Assembly (NCBI GenBank): GCA_032128115.1
Contig: JAQBHB010000089.1
Location: forward strand, 1 to 23,664
Direction of reading: 5' to 3'
Length of the DNA: 23,664 bases
Origin: Deltaproteobacteria bacterium
GTDB lineage: Bacteria > Myxococcota_A > UBA9160 > SMWR01
Shown here: piece after piece, positions 20,199 through 23,664 of the stretch
Position numbering within the stretch: the stretch's first letter is position 1
Layout of the letters: every line of letters starts with the position of its first letter
Position numbers and translations under genes: made by a program
The notes under the pieces: model-generated
What the model was told of the DNA's origin: nothing
Seen by the model: the letters and a program-made list of their open reading frames with translations, nothing else
Databases searched by the model: none

Positions 20199-20359
20199 AC
20201 CGCATTACTCCCAGGCCAGGCCCCCCACCCGCAGGCGGGGAAAGGTCCTAATGGGGTAGTGGCCAGTGGGGGCCCACAGGTGTCAAAAAATGTCACCAGG
20301 GCGGAAAAATCGCTTCCCCCAGGGGGACCCGGATCGGGGCCGAAGTGGGGGGAGTGCGC

Positions 20360-20941
20360 TCATTCGAGGCTGGCGAGTTCCTCGGCGGTGATCCCGAGAT
20401 CGATGTCGCGCAAACCGGTCCGAAAGCTCGGCAGGGGCACCGTCGTCTGGGTCGGTTCGACAGCTGGAGACTCGGGCACCGCAGCCGCCGGGCGTTCCAC
20501 CCGCTCGACCAGCAGCCCGACGCCATCCCGGGTTCGGATGCAGCGGTAGATCGCCAGCTCCAGCACAGCCGCGCCCAGGGGCTGCGCCGCCGCCAGGGTC
20601 TCGGGCCGCAGCGAGGCGCACAACAGGCAGACCCGGACGCCGGCCTCGGGGCGCGCGCCCAGGCCCGGAGCCAGCTGCAGCCAGTCGAAGAGCCGGGCCT
20701 CGACCCAGGCACGCTGGGCCAGCGCGAGGCCCACCTGCTCCAGGTCGTGGCCCGGATCGGCCACCAACACCAGTACCACGCTACCGCCGGGCTCGAGCAC
20801 CACGAAGTCGATGGGGGATCCGGCGCCCAGCATGCCCACAGCCAGCAGTTGGCCACCGGGAACCAGGTCGCGGATGTGGCCCGAGACCTGCCGCAGCAGT
20901 TCGCTCCGCGGCGGCGGTGGCGTCAGTGCGATTTCAGGCAA
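20360..20941 (-). CDS. Hypothetical protein, possible degenerate PD-(D/E)XK (NucS-like) fold
   Basis: TTG start with GGAG 8 nt upstream, overlapping the previous gene. The pattern PIDFVVLEPGGSVVLVLV...QVGLALAQRAWV...VRVCLLC parallels NucS-type IDLL..D..G..VVIELK...Q...Y..WV...VRGILVA. Confidence 0.6.
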   Translation of the reverse strand: MPEIALTPPPPRSELLRQVSGHIRDLVPGGQLLAVGMLGAGSPIDFVVLEPGGSVVLVLVADPGHDLEQVGLALAQRAWVEARLFDWLQLAPGLGARPEAGVRVCLLCASLRPETLAAAQPLGAAVLELAIYRCIRTRDGVGLLVERVERPAAAVPESPAVEPTQTTVPLPSFRTGLRDIDLGITAEELASLE

Positions 20942-21797
20942 CGCTCATGCTCCGGGCGTCCTCCAGCAACAGGCGCGCCACATCGCGCAGGGCCTTCGCG
21001 GCCCGCGATTGCGGGTGTTCGATGCCGATCGGTCGGCGCGACACGATGGCCCGATACACGTGCAGATCATCCAGCAGCAGTCCATAGCTCACCAGCCGGT
21101 GCTTGAGGTGGCGCGCGGCCACTCCGGCCAGGAGATCGAAGGCCTGTTCGGCCTCGTCCAGCTTGCGAACCCCGTGAACGGTGACGCCCACGCGGCAGGG
21201 ATCACTCGCTCCCACCAGCTTCTTGGCCATCCCGTAGGTCTTGATCAGATTCTTGGCCATCCCGTAGGTCTCGATCAGATCCCGGGGCTCGAGCGATGCG
21301 AACAGCAGCACCCAGCGCAGCAGGGCCCGACCGTCGTCCGGGGATTCCAGCCAGCGGGGCGGGACCCGGACCAGGACGATTCCGCCGGCGGGCGCGTCGG
21401 CGGCCCGGGCTACCGCCACGTCCAGGGCAGCCCGATACAGGTCGCCCAATCCGGTGGCAGGGGTCGCCACCAGCTCGCTGCCCACCGGCCCCCGACCGGG
21501 CTCGGGCCACAGCAGGGAGGTCTCGGCCTGGAGGGGCGCCACCAGGGTGCCGCTGCCTCCCAGGCGCGCGACTTCGACGGCCAGGTTCCAGGCAAAGGCG
21601 GCGCGCACCACGTCGCGCTCCCCGATGGGCAGGGCCACGATAGGCAGGGCGGCGGGGCGCTCCGGGCCTCGCGAAACCTCGGACGCGGGCTGGGAAGGGG
21701 GCGCGGGGGTTCCGGCGGCCGAATTGGCGTTGCCGGGCTTCGCCCCCCCGCTCACGGGCAGCAGATAATCCAGAACATCCCGGAGGTCGCGCGGCAA
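20934..21797 (-). CDS. FlhG/FleN (MinD)-like protein lacking Walker A
   Basis: AWNLAVEVARLG, ETYGMAKKL and EAEQAFDLLAGVAARHL...YGLLLDDLHVYRAIVSRRPIGIEHPQSRAAKALRDVARLL resemble the FleN/FlhG core and C-terminus. No GKGGxGK. Confidence 0.7.
   Translation of the reverse strand: MPRDLRDVLDYLLPVSGGAKPGNANSAAGTPAPPSQPASEVSRGPERPAALPIVALPIGERDVVRAAFAWNLAVEVARLGGSGTLVAPLQAETSLLWPEPGRGPVGSELVATPATGLGDLYRAALDVAVARAADAPAGGIVLVRVPPRWLESPDDGRALLRWVLLFASLEPRDLIETYGMAKNLIKTYGMAKKLVGASDPCRVGVTVHGVRKLDEAEQAFDLLAGVAARHLKHRLVSYGLLLDDLHVYRAIVSRRPIGIEHPQSRAAKALRDVARLLLEDARSMSVA
21221..21280. repeat. In-frame 30-bp tandem duplication (29/30 identical)
   Basis: tcttggccatcccgtaggtcttgatcagat / tcttggccatcccgtaggtctcgatcagat, giving LIETYGMAKN-LIKTYGMAKK. 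Confidence 0.97.
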
Positions 21798-21827
21798 CTG
21801 TCGTCTCGGTGGCCGGAGCCGAGGTGG

Positions 21828-22913
21828 CTATCGCACGACCATAACCGAATTACGGCCACCGACGGTGCTTTCGATCACCTGGGGATTGCTGGGATCTTCG
21901 CGCCATTCGCCATCGACGACGTAGCGGTACTGGTAGGTACCGGGAGGCAGTTGCAGGATCTTGGTCCAGATCCGGCCCGCCCCCTCGGATTCGATCAGCG
22001 AGCGCACGCCCTTGTCGGGAACCCAGCCGTTGAAGTCGCCGGCGATGCGCACGTCGCTGGCGCTGGAGTCGCGGAAACGCACCACCACCTCGCGGTGGCC
22101 GACGGTGGCGTCGGGGGCCTTCCCCAGGCTCGCAGCGTCCGTCGCCGGCGAGCAGGACTCCACCTCGACGGCCAGGGCCGCGTAGTCCAGGGCGCCATGG
22201 GCCGACGGGGCGTAGAAGCAGATCGGCGTTCCCTGGGCCGCCGACTCGCGAAGTTTGACGTTGAGGCGGATCACCGTGTCGAAGCACATGTCCTTGAAGA
22301 GGGCCCGGATCTCCATGAGCGTCTTGCGGGCGAAGCGGGTGCGCCCGTCATAGAGCGTCGGCAGGACGCGCACGTCGATCTCGAGTCCGAGGCGCTCGGC
22401 CAGCAGCCCGACCGTTTCCATCAGCTTCTGAACGCCGTGGATAGCGAATCGACTGGTCTCCAGGGGCACGATCACCTCCCCGGATGCTCGCAGGGCGTTG
22501 AACGTCAGCAGGCCCACGTTCGGCGGACAATCGATCAGGATGAAGTCGTAGCGATCCTTCACGGCCTCGATGGCACCGGACAGGCGCTCGGTGCGGGAAT
22601 CATCGCGCTCGGCCGCCAGCTTCTGCTCCAGTGCAGAGAGCACGATTCCCGAGGGTGCCAGGTGCAGGTTGTCGGCGACCTCGATGGTCACATCCCGGAG
22701 ACGGTCGTGTCCGCCCGGGTCCGCCAGCACCTCGTAGAGGTTCTCATCCAGCTCATCGGGATCGACGCCCAGCGCCAGCGTGGAGTGGGCCTGCGGATCG
22801 ATGTCGATCACCAGAACGCGGTGCCCGTCCGCCGCCAGACAGCCGGCCAGGTTGACGGTGGTGGTGGTCTTCCCACAACCCCCCTTCTGGTTCACGATGC
22901 TGATGACCCGCAT
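21828..22913 (-). CDS. Soj/ParA-family ATPase fused to a C-terminal CBM48/AMPK-beta-type glycogen-binding domain
   Basis: ATG 22913 with a purine-rich SD at 22921-22929. ParA part: NQKGGCGKTTT, IDIDPQAH, LIDCPPNVG, YDGRT, NVKLRES. CBM part: VRIAGDFNGW...LQLPPGTYQYRYVVDGEWREDPSNP...GGRNSV. Confidence 0.93.
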   Translation of the reverse strand: MRVISIVNQKGGCGKTTTTVNLAGCLAADGHRVLVIDIDPQAHSTLALGVDPDELDENLYEVLADPGGHDRLRDVTIEVADNLHLAPSGIVLSALEQKLAAERDDSRTERLSGAIEAVKDRYDFILIDCPPNVGLLTFNALRASGEVIVPLETSRFAIHGVQKLMETVGLLAERLGLEIDVRVLPTLYDGRTRFARKTLMEIRALFKDMCFDTVIRLNVKLRESAAQGTPICFYAPSAHGALDYAALAVEVESCSPATDAASLGKAPDATVGHREVVVRFRDSSASDVRIAGDFNGWVPDKGVRSLIESEGAGRIWTKILQLPPGTYQYRYVVDGEWREDPSNPQVIESTVGGRNSVMVVR

Positions 22914-22929
22914 CACGTCGTCCCTCCCC

Positions 22930-23409
22930 CTAGATCGTGCTGGCACGCATCGGCGCCAGCCCGTTCAGGGCGGGCTGATGCAGGGCGGGCTGATGCGTCT
23001 CCAGAAGCGAACCCAGGGAACGCCTCCACGCGGCGACCTCACGCTCGAATCGAACGACCTCGAAGATCCACTGCTGCCCGGAGACGGCATCGAAGGCGGT
23101 GCCATTCCGGAATACCAGAACCACGTCGCCCGTAGCCACCAGGACCAGATCCGACAGCGGTCGGGCAACGGTCGGTAGGATCCTACGCAGCTTGCCGATG
23201 GATTTTCGAATCCTCTGTACCGATACGCCGGCGTCGATGAGGCGTTTCGCCGCTTTCAGGGCCACCAAGTCGGCGAACGTGTAGCGGGCGTGCCCCCCGG
23301 GGGTTTTATCGCTCGGCGCGATCAGATCCGTCTGCGCCCAGTAATGCAGCTGACGCCGTGAGATTCCCAGAATCTCCACGACATCCCGCGACCGGAACGA
23401 ATCGCTCAT
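22930..23409 (-). CDS. MerR-family HTH regulator (Rv1830-like subtype)
   Basis: FRSRDVVEILGISRRQLHYWAQTDLIAPS...ARYTFADLVALKAAKRLIDAGVSVQRIRK; ATG at 23409. Confidence 0.88.
   Translation of the reverse strand: MSDSFRSRDVVEILGISRRQLHYWAQTDLIAPSDKTPGGHARYTFADLVALKAAKRLIDAGVSVQRIRKSIGKLRRILPTVARPLSDLVLVATGDVVLVFRNGTAFDAVSGQQWIFEVVRFEREVAAWRRSLGSLLETHQPALHQPALNGLAPMRASTI
22966..22995. repeat. Perfect in-frame 15-bp tandem duplication (HQPAL x2)
   Basis: cagggcgggctgatg repeated at 22966-22980 and 22981-22995. Confidence 0.95.
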
Positions 23410-23453
23410 CGAGCCCACCGGCTGTGCGGACCCCCCATCCTGCTGACGTGTGG

Positions 23454-23483
23454 AAAGTAGGTCTCCGCTTCCCGGCAAGTCAA
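23454..23483 (-). promoter_or_regulatory. Putative sigma70 promoter for the merR-parA/CBM operon
   Basis: TTGACT (23483-23478), 18-nt spacer, TACTTT (23459-23454), about 45 nt upstream of the merR ATG. Confidence 0.6.
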
Positions 23484-23664
23484 CCCCAAACTTCCCACCG
23501 TTATTCGGGTTTCGCTGGAAGCCCGGAACCTCGTTGGGGATTCTCCGATTGTCGATTTCTGTCGTTTCCCCGTGGGGCTGGGAAATTCGCCCCGTGCACT
23601 CTCGGTCGCGACGAGTTCGGGCGTGGGGTAGCCTGTGCCAGATGGACTCCCAGGGGGAGGGCGG

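Noticed and set aside
21221..21280. CRISPR-like repeat
   Set aside because: Two adjacent copies with no spacer, in frame within a CDS, and no cas genes.
20811..23135. 774-aa plus-strand ORF
   Set aside because: Antisense to well-supported minus-strand genes; no domain signal.
23642..23664. Possible plus-strand gene start at the window edge
   Set aside because: Too little sequence to support a call.

Overview
High-GC bacterial chromosomal window. The gene content suggests Myxococcota or another deltaproteobacterial-type lineage, which is an inference. The left 9 kb is the start of the dcw cluster on the minus strand: mraZ-rsmH-ftsL-ftsI-murE-murF-mraY-murD (partial). It has MraZ-box repeats, a long hairpin between mraZ and rsmH, and a +1 homopolymer frameshift in murE. 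The middle holds an HDAC-family deacetylase and an atypical SDR plus acyltransferase pair. That pair converges on an operon encoding two Get3/ArsA-like ATPases, a small helical protein and a PhaR/phasin-like regulator. Next come a zinc-ribbon membrane protein, tatA, a phosphohexomutase and an EI24/CysZ-like protein. The right 4 kb is the most unusual part, a minus-strand cluster of five genes: a MerR-type regulator, an intact Soj/ParA ATPase fused to a CBM48/AMPK-type glycogen-binding domain, a FlhG/MinD-like protein lacking Walker A, a degenerate PD-(D/E)XK-like protein and an ECF sigma factor. This cluster is a candidate system for positioning glycogen or alpha-glucan granules on the nucleoid. 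All calls come from motif recognition by eye; no searches were run.
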